Source: Planctomycetales bacterium
Lineage (GTDB): Bacteria; 4484-113; JAFGCY01
Reading direction: 5' to 3'
Length of the DNA stretch: 32,000 bases
Assembly: GCA_022646745.1 (NCBI GenBank)
Contig: CP060262.1
Span: forward strand, 1,680,001 to 1,712,000
How positions within the stretch are numbered: the first letter of the stretch is position 1; each line of letters begins with the position of its first letter. The translations under genes were made by a program, and so were the position numbers. Of the stretch, positions 20,001 to 26,954 are shown in pieces. A model generated the notes under the pieces. That model made no database searches and was not told the DNA's origin. It saw only the letters and a program-made list of their open reading frames with translations.

Positions 20001-20384
20001 GCCAACAGCCACTCCGGCTCCGGCGGCGACTGCTTCCCCTACTACTGGCGCCAGGAGGGCCTCGGCCCGATCATCGGCACCCGCACCTGGGGCGGCCTGA
20101 TCGGCATCAGCGGCCAGCCGAACCTCGTGGACGGCACGCGCCCGACGATCCCGATCTTCGCCTTCTTCGAGCTGGACGGCACCTGGGGCATCGAGGGCTA
20201 CGGCGTCGACCCGGACATCGAGGTGGTTGACGACCCGGGCCTGCTGGCGAAAGGCCAGGACCCGCAGCTGGACCGCGCGATCGCCGAGATCATGAAGGCG
20301 GTGGAGGAGCATCCCTACAGCATCCCGCCGGTGCCGGCCTATCCGGACCGCAGCGGCAAGGGCACCAAGCCCGCAGATCGCTAG
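17052..20384 (+). CDS. Secreted tricorn protease homolog (beta-propellers + PDZ + S41 peptidase), paralog 2
   Basis: The track ORF starts at 16947. The ATG at 17052 follows GGAGGA (17043-17048) and gives the signal peptide 'MLYRNLIATVLLLCCAQAVPAAAA'. Collinear with paralog 1: 'LRFPDVSDTQIAFAYNNDLWIAPKGGG', 'SELNVGHSYY', 'ANSHSGSGGDCFPYYWR'. Confidence 0.9.
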   Translation: MLYRNLIATVLLLCCAQAVPAAAADFDIDAAMLRFPDVSDTQIAFAYNNDLWIAPKGGGTAVPLSSPAGTEILPHFSPDGKSIAFTANYEGNQDVYIMPVEGGIPKRLTFGPMQDMVVGFDSEGNVLFSNASEMKNYGGGKIYSISPNGGIPEALPLEYGAFCSVEGDTIAFTPSTRENRTWKRYQGGLAQDIWLLNKKTLASERITDFPGTDAQPMLHGDKVYFVSDAGPENRLNLWVYDRTTKKRSQLTEFKDFDCKFPGMGPSEIVLENGGDLYLYGIASGELKSVKIRIPGDRPTLMTQSEDVSPLIFSASPSPNGVRLALEARGEIWTVPVEDGIKRNLTMSPDSNERYPVWSPDGKWIAYFSDADGDYELYVTQSDGRGETRQLTTDDETWFTNPVWSPDSSKIAFADRTGSIFIHSIEQETTFLIDEDPWAAYPYTNVVWSADSSWLAYSRMDNENGNGVIVLYDVVNAWAHQVTSSMFSSTNPTFDRNGNYLYFLTNRSFQHSFGDLDETYVFPDSTLMACVPLRNDVKDPWAGGNDDEEIKAEEKADESKDEAKAEGEGDEAADGDKPADEEKPAAEEEKPGLKIDIEGFEGRAILMPLPGGNYWNLEAGEGKVFYVDGNNPAGPTIMMFGAGEDQPAPVIGGAFGFGLLPDGKRMLVSVGGRMGIINAAPNQKLDKPVDTSGLVMEYEPRGHWRSLVRDAHRMYKYLFYDPNLHKVDWDKVGKRYIGMVDDAVNRQDITWIISEMISELNVGHSYYGGPSDPAPSRSVGLLGADYEYVNDGNGQSGIRIAHIFGGADWDLDARSPLWLPGEDVAEGDFIIAVNNVPVDPGMPLDAAMQGLAGQTTVLTISDDATVGDDDREVVVTPIGWDYELRRRDWIEANRRYVEEKTGGKVGYIYVPDTAQDGVNNLMRQFVGQFTRQGLIVDERWNGGGYIPTYFIDILSRKSRSYWARRDGNTWATPTLAHNGPKVMLANSHSGSGGDCFPYYWRQEGLGPIIGTRTWGGLIGISGQPNLVDGTRPTIPIFAFFELDGTWGIEGYGVDPDIEVVDDPGLLAKGQDPQLDRAIAEIMKAVEEHPYSIPPVPAYPDRSGKGTKPADR

Positions 20385-20408
20385 GGCGGATCTGCATTTG
20401 CTCAACCT

Positions 20409-20435
20409 GGGAGGGGCCTCGGCCCCTCCCTTTTT
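20409..20435 (+). terminator. Rho-independent terminator after the tricorn pair
   Basis: gggaggggcc-tc-ggcccctccc forms a perfect 10-bp GC-rich inverted repeat followed by TTTTT. It begins 25 nt after the stop codon at 20384. Confidence 0.85.
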
Positions 20436-20496
20436 CTTACCTGCTGGCCGCGGTTTAACCTCTCCTTAACTGTATGGCGATTGCTATACTGCCTGC

Positions 20497-21621
20497 GTGC
20501 GGATCGCCTTCTTCACCACTCGCATGATGCTGGGCTATGGCGTGGACCTGACCATCCACGAAATCGCCCGCCGGATGGTGGAGCAGCACGAGATCGAGGT
20601 CGATGTCTGGACCCCGACCTCCGACGGCACCTACGACGACGCTCCCTATAAGCTGCAGAAGATCACGGTCTATGGCGGCGAGCGCAACCGCATCCTGCCG
20701 GTGCTTGAGCGCAATGCCAACATCGCGATGGAGAAGCTGGCGAAGGAGCTGACCGCGAAGGAGATCCGCTACGACCTGGTGATCCCCTGCACCCATCCCT
20801 ATTACAATGCGGCGCGGCACTTCCGCTGCCCCGGCGTGTTCTTCAACTTCGGCAACGTGCCGACCACCGGCTTCTCCTGGAAGGGCAAGCTCAATTGGGA
20901 GTGGCTCGACATCTCCGAGCGCTACTGGCTCAAGCGCCGGGCCTCGATGATCATCTCGATCAGCCAGTTCCTGCACCGCAGCCAGCCACGTGAGTTCTGG
21001 CACAAGGGCCGCGTGCTGCACCTCGGTGGCGACCACTACAGGGCGCCTGCCAACAAGCAGACCCGGCTGCGCTTCTGCATGGAGCACGGCATCCCGCCGC
21101 GCAGCGTGATCCTGGGCTTCGTCGGCCGCCTGCACCGGAACCATCCGCCCTACAAGGGCACCGGCGAGCTGCTGGAGATCGCCCGGCGGATGCTGAAGGA
21201 CAACCCGGAGGCCTGCATTGTGATGGCCGGCATCGGCAGCGAGGATGACGCCGCCTGGGTGCGCGAGGCCGGGGCGATCCCGGTGCTCAACCTGCCGCCG
21301 CGCGACATGCCGGACTTCTACCGCTCGATTGACATCTACCTCTGCGCTTCGAAATGGGAAGGCTTCAACCTGCCGATCGTCGAGGCCGCCTGGCACGGCG
21401 TGCCGAGCATCGCATACAACGTCGGCGCGCATGGTGAGCATGTGACAGCGATGCTGATCAACGGCGGGCTGGATGAGCTGTACGCCGCCGCGCTGAAACT
21501 CAGCAGTGACGAGGGGCTGCGCCGCCAGCTGTCCAGCCAGGCGCTGGCCCGTGCGCAGCAGTTCTCCTGGGACAAGGTGACAACGCGCATGCTGGAGTAC
21601 CTGCGGGAGCTCACGCTGTGA
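20497..21621 (+). CDS. Glycosyltransferase, GT4 (group 1) family
   Basis: 374 aa with a GTG start ('MRIAFFT'). C-terminal GT4 signature E-x7-E in 'SKWEGFNLPIVEAAWHGVPSIA'. Confidence 0.85.
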   Translation: MRIAFFTTRMMLGYGVDLTIHEIARRMVEQHEIEVDVWTPTSDGTYDDAPYKLQKITVYGGERNRILPVLERNANIAMEKLAKELTAKEIRYDLVIPCTHPYYNAARHFRCPGVFFNFGNVPTTGFSWKGKLNWEWLDISERYWLKRRASMIISISQFLHRSQPREFWHKGRVLHLGGDHYRAPANKQTRLRFCMEHGIPPRSVILGFVGRLHRNHPPYKGTGELLEIARRMLKDNPEACIVMAGIGSEDDAAWVREAGAIPVLNLPPRDMPDFYRSIDIYLCASKWEGFNLPIVEAAWHGVPSIAYNVGAHGEHVTAMLINGGLDELYAAALKLSSDEGLRRQLSSQALARAQQFSWDKVTTRMLEYLRELTL

Positions 21622-22517
21622 GTGCCGCGGAACTGGACAGCCGGCTGGTTGGCTACATCATCGTCTGCGGCTTTGCTGGCCTCTTGACACTGCTGGCCTG
21701 GCAGCTGATGCAGCGCTTCGTGGTGGCACGGCTGGAACAGGTGCCGACGGGCATGCGCCAGAACATCCTTGCCAAGCTGCTGCTCGGCACGCTGCTCGGG
21801 ATCTTCGCGCTGTGGCTGGCGCTGCAGCCCGCGCTGTGGAGCGGGGCCTTCCGTCCGGATGCCAGCGGCTTCGTGCTGTTCGACCCGCATGGCAAGGCTG
21901 ATAACGTGCCTTTCCTGAACCTGCTGCGCTTCTTCCTGTTCCAGGGCCTGGCGGAGGAACTGGTCTACCGCGGCTTCGCGATGAGCATGCTGGTGACCGG
22001 CGTGTTCGCCGCGGCGATGCGCTACATGCGGCCCGCAGACGCCGGTGAGCTGTGGGCCCGTACCTGCTGGATCGGCAGCGGGCTGGTGGTCAACCTGCTG
22101 GTCAGCGCCACCTTCGCGATCTGGCACAGCGGCAACCCGGAGGTTGACACCCTGGCGATTGTCAACATCGGGCTGGCCGGGATGGTGCTCGGGCAGCTGT
22201 TCCTCAACCAGGCCTCGGTCGGCGGGGCGGCGGCACTGCACATCGTCTGGAACCTCGGGCAGGCCGTGATGGGCCTGCCGGTCAGCGGCATCCTCGTCTG
22301 CCAGCCGCTGCTGGGCGGGATCAACGGGGCCGGCCTGAAGCTGATCAGCGGCGGGCCCTTTGGCCCGGAAGGCAGCCTCGGCACCAGTGCCGCGCTGCTT
22401 ATGGTGTTCGCCTACCTGCTGTGGACTGCGATGCCCGGCAGCCGCGATGCTGGAATGCAGGACGAGGATGCTGAGCAGGTGAACCTGGCAACGACTGGAG
22501 CTTCAGATGCGGATTGA
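21618..22517 (+). CDS. CPBP family intramembrane glutamic endopeptidase (CAAX protease/Abi-like)
   Basis: The GTG start overlaps the GT4 stop (GTGA, 21618-21621). Multi-TM protein. CPBP motifs: 'AEELVYRGF' (EExxxR), 'FAIWHSGN' (FxxxH), 'ALHIVWNLG' (HxxxN). Confidence 0.8.
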   Translation: MSAAELDSRLVGYIIVCGFAGLLTLLAWQLMQRFVVARLEQVPTGMRQNILAKLLLGTLLGIFALWLALQPALWSGAFRPDASGFVLFDPHGKADNVPFLNLLRFFLFQGLAEELVYRGFAMSMLVTGVFAAAMRYMRPADAGELWARTCWIGSGLVVNLLVSATFAIWHSGNPEVDTLAIVNIGLAGMVLGQLFLNQASVGGAAALHIVWNLGQAVMGLPVSGILVCQPLLGGINGAGLKLISGGPFGPEGSLGTSAALLMVFAYLLWTAMPGSRDAGMQDEDAEQVNLATTGASDAD

Positions 22518-22962
22518 GCAGGGCGGCCTCGATCGCGAGGATGTGATCGCGCTGCTGACGGAGCATGTCAGCGAACTGCGCGGCATGGCCCCGCCGGGCA
22601 GCTCCCATACCCTGGATGTCTCCGCGTTGCAGAAGCCGGAGCTGACTTTCTGGAACCTGCGCATTGATGATGTGCTGGCAGGCTGCGGTGCACTGCAGGA
22701 GCTGGACAGCACGCACGGCGAGATCAAGTCGATGCGCACGGTAGCGACCTTCAAGCGTCGCGGAGTGGCACGCTGCCTGCTGGATCACATTGTGTCCGTC
22801 GCGCGCGAGCGCGGCTACCAGAGGCTCAGCCTCGACACCGGTTCGGAGGAGTACTTCCGCCCGGCCCGCGAACTGTACCGCAGCGCTGGCTTCACGGAAT
22901 GCGGCCCCTTCGCGGACTACCGCGAGGACCCCTACAAGGTGTTCATGACGCTGGCGCTTTAG
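22507..22962 (+). CDS. GNAT family N-acetyltransferase
   Basis: 151 aa. Overlaps the CPBP gene by 11 nt. The acetyl-CoA motif A-like 'FKRRGVARCLLDHIVSVARERG' and the tail 'LYRSAGFTECGPF' are typical of small GNATs. Confidence 0.85.
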   Translation: MRIEQGGLDREDVIALLTEHVSELRGMAPPGSSHTLDVSALQKPELTFWNLRIDDVLAGCGALQELDSTHGEIKSMRTVATFKRRGVARCLLDHIVSVARERGYQRLSLDTGSEEYFRPARELYRSAGFTECGPFADYREDPYKVFMTLAL

Positions 22963-22963
22963 C

Positions 22964-23385
22964 GCGGGATGCGGAATGCGGGATGGGGGACGGGCATAAG
23001 GGAGCGCGTAGCGAAGGAACGCGCCAGCGTGACTTAGCTGCGCGAATGGGAATGTGCGATGGTAAATGAAGTGTCCAGTTGTCATTGATCAGATGCTGGA
23101 ATCATTGCTGCAGAATTATCGAGGGCTGCAGCAGCAGCTGACATACGACTGGAATTGAGTGCCTGATCCACTCCGCTTCTCATTGTCATTCCATGCATGG
23201 ACACTGCCCCGATTATCCTCAGTGGCGTGAGAGCTGCAGATAGGTTCCCTGTTCCCTGTTCCCTGTTTCCAGATGATCTGCCCTTCCCCCATCCCCCATC
23301 CCTCGCCCCTCGATTGCCCATCCCCCATCCCGCATCCCTCGCCCCCCGATTGCCCATCCCCCGTCCCGCATCCCCCATCCCGATT
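22964..23385. repeat. Intergenic inverted GGGATG(C)/CATCCC repeat arms with internal 36-bp direct repeat and (CCCTGTT)3
   Basis: 22973-22990 'ggaatgcgggatggggga' matches the reverse complement of 23321-23338 'tcccccatcccgcatccc' at 17 of 18 positions. The direct repeat 'catccctcgcccYcgattgcccatcccc' occurs at 23297-23325 and 23333-23361 (36-nt period). (CCCTGTT)3 lies at 23245-23270. Confidence 0.8.
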
Positions 23386-23409
23386 GGTGTTCCCCTATAA
23401 TCGGTCTGC

Positions 23410-25776
23410 ATGATCTACCTGCTGTTCCTGCTGACCGGAGCCTGCGCGCTCGTATACGAGGTGGTCTGGTCGCGCCAGTTCGGCCTGCTGTTCGGCCATA
23501 CGGCCCAGGCCGCCGCCGTGGTGCTTGGATCCTACTTCAGCGGGATGACGATCGGCTACCTGCTGGCGGCGCGGCTGGCCGGACGGCTGGCACGGCCCCT
23601 GCGCGGTTACGCCATAGCGGAAATCATCGCTGCACTCTGGTCCCTGGCGATTCCGCTCCTGCTCGGCACACTGGCCACGGGCGCACTGGCCGCGCTGCTC
23701 AACAATGACAACACCACGCTGCAGGTCACGATGCGCGCCCTGCTGAGCTTCCTCCTGATGCTGCCTGCCACTGCAGCCCTCGGGGCCAGCCTGCCCTTCG
23801 TGGTACAGCACCTCGCATGCGGTGGTGGCGACCATACGCACCGCATCACACTCGCCTACAGCTTCAACACGCTTGGCGCCTTCGGCGGCGTGATGCTGGC
23901 AACCTTCGTCTTGATCCTCAAGCTCGGTATCCAGGGCAGCCTGCACCTCGCCGTTGCCATCGCGCTCGTCTGCGGCATCGCGGCCTGGCTGTTGCCGGCA
24001 CCGGGGGCTACGGCGGATTCGGCTGTACCTGAACCGGCGGCTAAACAAGTTGAACAGCGCCTGCCGCTGCGCTGGTACCTGCTGGCCGGCCTGAGCGGCT
24101 TCTGCATGCTGGCGGTGCAGGTGCTGTACAACAGCATGTTCAGCCTGGTGTTCCACAACAGCACCTACTCCTTCGGCGCGATCATCGCCGTGTTCCTCGC
24201 AGCGCTGGCGCTGGCCGGCTGGCTGGTCTCTAAATGGCCGGCGATGCATCTCTCGCAGCGCAGTGCGCGCGCCGCCCTGCTCAGTGCCGTTGCCATCCTG
24301 CTCGGTGTGCTGGTCTTCCAGCGCAGCACGCGGCTCGGTTACCTCGGCGTCAGCGTGCCGCTGCTTGGCGGCGACCTGGTGGACCACAGCTTCCTCGGCT
24401 ACATGCTGGCGGCCACGCTCCTGATCGTGATCTCGATCGGCCTGCCTGTGGTGGCAGCCGGCACACTGTTGCCAATGTGCCTGCGCCGCCTGCAGGACCA
24501 CGCCGCTGACAGCGGCCGGCTCGTCGGGCGGCTGGTGGCGCTCAACACTGTCTGCGCGGCCGCAGGTGCGCTGTCCGCCAGCTTCATCATGCTGCCGCTG
24601 CTCGGCCTGTGGCATTCCTTCATGCTGCTGTCGATGCTCTACCTGCTGTTCGGGCTGGCACTCTTGTGGCGTGACGACAGGCTGGGCCAGCTGTCCAGCT
24701 GGGGCGCTGTCAGTTTGGCCGCCTGCCTGGCGCTGGCCTGGTTCACCAACTGGCCGGTTGTCACCAAGGCCGGGCGCAAGCTGATGGTGCAGGAAACGGC
24801 CTACGGCGTTGTCAGTGTGGTTGAGGTTGATGTTGACGGCGAGCCGGAGCTGTACCTGCGCCAGAACAACCACTACACACTCGGGGCCACGCGCGGCATT
24901 GAAAGTGAGCTGCGCCAGGGCAACATCCCGATGCTGCTGCATCCCGACCCTCAGCGGGTCTGCTTCCTCGGGCTGGCAACCGGCATCACAGCCGGGGCTG
25001 CGCTGGACCACCCGGAGCTTGTGCAACTGGACACGGCGGAGCTGATCCCTGAAGTGGCACAGGCCGCCCGCTATTTCGCCGCTGACAACAACTCCATCAA
25101 TGACAACCCGAAGAGCAACATCATCATCAATGATGCGCGACACTACCTCTATGGCACGGCCAACCGCTACGACCTGATCGTGAGCGACCTGTTCGTGCCC
25201 TGGCACAGCCAGACCGGCTACCTCTACACCGTTGAGCATTACCGCGCCGCGCAGGCACGGCTGGCAGAGGGCGGGTTGTTCTGCCAGTGGCTGCCGCTCT
25301 ACCAGCTGGACGCGCGCGAGTTCGAGATGATCTGCGACAGCATGGCGGCGGTGTTCCCCGTCGTCACGCTCTGGCGCGGGGAGTTCAATGACAACAGCTT
25401 CCCGCTGATGATGGTCTGTGGCTCGGATGAGCCGCCGGTGATGGATGCTGATGCACTGACTGTGCGGATTGCCAGCCTGCCGCGCCACAGTGCGCTGCCG
25501 GACCCGAACCTGCGCAGTGTGCAGGACCTGCTGCAGCTGTATGTCGGGGACTGGCCGCGGCGCGAGGGGGCAGAGCTTAACACTGACGACTTCCCGCGCG
25601 TGGAGTTCCTCGCGCCGGTGTCCAACCGCAATTCGCAGGAACTGACCGGCCAGGCGCTGACGGACTACTACTGGGAGGTGCTGCTCGGCCTGCAGCGCGA
25701 GCAGCTGCAGTACATCCCGCGTCGCGCCGAACCGATGCCGGACTTCGACGAGGGAATCCACCGCCAGCTGGACTGA
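23410..25776 (+). CDS. Fused polytopic membrane domain / spermidine synthase-like (polyamine aminopropyltransferase fold) protein
   Basis: 788 aa. The N-terminal half is multi-TM. The C-terminal half has spermidine-synthase-family text: 'ETAYGVVSVVEV...LRQNNHYTLG', 'VCFLGLATGITAGAAL', 'YDLIVSDLFVPWHSQTGYLYTVEHY', 'GGLFCQWLPLYQL'. Confidence 0.85.
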   Translation: MIYLLFLLTGACALVYEVVWSRQFGLLFGHTAQAAAVVLGSYFSGMTIGYLLAARLAGRLARPLRGYAIAEIIAALWSLAIPLLLGTLATGALAALLNNDNTTLQVTMRALLSFLLMLPATAALGASLPFVVQHLACGGGDHTHRITLAYSFNTLGAFGGVMLATFVLILKLGIQGSLHLAVAIALVCGIAAWLLPAPGATADSAVPEPAAKQVEQRLPLRWYLLAGLSGFCMLAVQVLYNSMFSLVFHNSTYSFGAIIAVFLAALALAGWLVSKWPAMHLSQRSARAALLSAVAILLGVLVFQRSTRLGYLGVSVPLLGGDLVDHSFLGYMLAATLLIVISIGLPVVAAGTLLPMCLRRLQDHAADSGRLVGRLVALNTVCAAAGALSASFIMLPLLGLWHSFMLLSMLYLLFGLALLWRDDRLGQLSSWGAVSLAACLALAWFTNWPVVTKAGRKLMVQETAYGVVSVVEVDVDGEPELYLRQNNHYTLGATRGIESELRQGNIPMLLHPDPQRVCFLGLATGITAGAALDHPELVQLDTAELIPEVAQAARYFAADNNSINDNPKSNIIINDARHYLYGTANRYDLIVSDLFVPWHSQTGYLYTVEHYRAAQARLAEGGLFCQWLPLYQLDAREFEMICDSMAAVFPVVTLWRGEFNDNSFPLMMVCGSDEPPVMDADALTVRIASLPRHSALPDPNLRSVQDLLQLYVGDWPRREGAELNTDDFPRVEFLAPVSNRNSQELTGQALTDYYWEVLLGLQREQLQYIPRRAEPMPDFDEGIHRQLD

Positions 25777-25782
25777 CAACAC

Positions 25783-25922
25783 GGGATGCGGGATGAGCAG
25801 AGCAGGCATAGAGCATTGATTGCGGAGCAATGAGCGAAGCAACCTCAATGCAGGATTGGATCATTGCTCATTCTTCATTGCTCATTGCTTCCCACATCCC
25901 TCATCCCACATCCTTCATTGCT
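25783..25922. repeat. Intergenic imperfect palindrome: (GGGATGC)2-(GAGCAG)-(GCAATGA) arm versus (TCATTGC)n-(CATCCC)n arm
   Basis: 25784-25797 'ggatgcgggatgag' matches the reverse complement of 25900-25913 'ctcatcccacatcc' at 13 of 14 positions. The inner arms 'gcggagcaatgagcgaagcaa' and 'tcattgctcattcttcattgctcattgc' are also approximately complementary. Confidence 0.8.
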
Positions 25923-26086
25923 TAATTACTTGCCCCTTCATCCACGCTGCCAAATCTGCAGGCCCCAGTCCAGCGGCCAGATAACAGACAAGAATCGCGT
26001 TGCCAAACATCAATGCACATTAGAAACTCTAAGTGTATGTAGTGATTTTACAAATAATGTATTAGTAAACAAATAGCAAAAACCCA

Positions 26087-26115
26087 TTGACACAGCTTAA
26101 CGGAAATTATATAAA
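26087..26115 (+). promoter_or_regulatory. Near-consensus sigma70-type promoter for the peptidoglycan hydrolase gene
   Basis: TTGACA (26087-26092), a 17-nt spacer, then TATAAA (26110-26115), in a locally AT-rich tract. SD-like GAGGAAGG lies at 26137-26144, before the ATG at 26146. Confidence 0.6.
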
Positions 26116-26145
26116 GTTAGAACTTGGTTTTGCTGTGAGGAAGGC

Positions 26146-26952
26146 ATGGGAAAGACCCCACTGCAGCTATACAAGGAGCTGCCCTCTACTGAACAGATAT
26201 CTGCCGGCGACAGGTCCTGGCACGTCAAGTTGCTGCGCCGGATGCTGGCCATGGCCGGCGCTGCCCCGATCCACTGGATGAACCCCGCCGTCGATGTAGA
26301 CTGGCATTTCGATGACAACCTGCTGACCCTCGTGCACGCATTCCAGAATGCCAACGGATTGCCAGTGTCTGATTCAGTTGATGATGCCTGCTGGAAGAAG
26401 CTTGCCGAGGCCTGCGAAACGGCGCCGGTTGGCAACGGTGATCCTCTGCCGGCTGCCGGCCCTGCCAGGGACCGTGTTGCCAGGCGGATAGTGGAAATCG
26501 CCCAGGCGGCTGAGGCCCGCGGAATACGGGAACATGGCAGCAACTCTGGTGCCACCGTGCGCATGCTTTTGCGCCATGCCGGCCTGGATGGCGCCTTTGC
26601 CTGGTGCATGGCCTTTGTCTGGGCGGTGGTGGACCTCGCATACTTCCTCGAGCAGCAGATGCCCCCGGTGCTTGAGCCGGTGCAGAAGCGCTCCTGCAGC
26701 AACCTGGTGGCATGGGCCCGGCTCCACCATTCGCTTATAGAAAACCCGCTGCACGCGCAGCCCGGCGACCTCTGGGTGCAACGCGGCGGCGAAACCGGCT
26801 TCAAGCATGTCGGCGTGATCACCGGTGTCAGTGGCAACAGGGCGAGCACGGTCGAGGGCAACACAAATCACCGTGGCAGCGACGAGGGCGAGGGCGTATA
26901 TGCGCATGCGCGGCCACTGGATGACAGCCAGTGCGTGGTGGTGAGGCTGTAG
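26146..26952 (+). CDS. Peptidoglycan-binding domain + CHAP/NlpC-P60-like cysteine amidase/peptidase (endolysin-like cell-wall hydrolase)
   Basis: 268 aa with no signal peptide. PG_binding_1-like text: 'VKLLRRMLAMAG...FDDNLLTLVHAFQNANGLPVSDSVDDACWKKL'. The catalytic-type triad context 'GAFAWCMAFVWAV', 'GFKHVGVITG', 'STVEGNTN' resembles CHAP/TIGR02594-type hydrolases. Confidence 0.75.
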   Translation: MGKTPLQLYKELPSTEQISAGDRSWHVKLLRRMLAMAGAAPIHWMNPAVDVDWHFDDNLLTLVHAFQNANGLPVSDSVDDACWKKLAEACETAPVGNGDPLPAAGPARDRVARRIVEIAQAAEARGIREHGSNSGATVRMLLRHAGLDGAFAWCMAFVWAVVDLAYFLEQQMPPVLEPVQKRSCSNLVAWARLHHSLIENPLHAQPGDLWVQRGGETGFKHVGVITGVSGNRASTVEGNTNHRGSDEGEGVYAHARPLDDSQCVVVRL

Positions 26953-26954
26953 CA

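Noticed and set aside
22507-22962. GNAT as a TacT/AtaT-type toxin of a toxin-antitoxin pair
   Set aside because: No small RHH/DUF1778-type antitoxin gene lies upstream. The GNAT gene is overlapped with, and co-oriented in an operon with, the CPBP and GT4 genes.
23082-23411. 109-aa minus-strand ORF with 'GMGNRGARD(A/G)GWG' repeats
   Set aside because: It is simply the translation of the CATCCC/36-bp intergenic repeats. It has no ribosome-binding site and its start would overlap the start of the spermidine-synthase-like gene.
25864-26076. 70-aa plus-strand ORF spanning the right arm of the palindrome and the AT-rich tract
   Set aside because: Its translation ('LLPTSLIPHPSLL') derives from the CATCCC/TCATTGC repeats, and it has no RBS.
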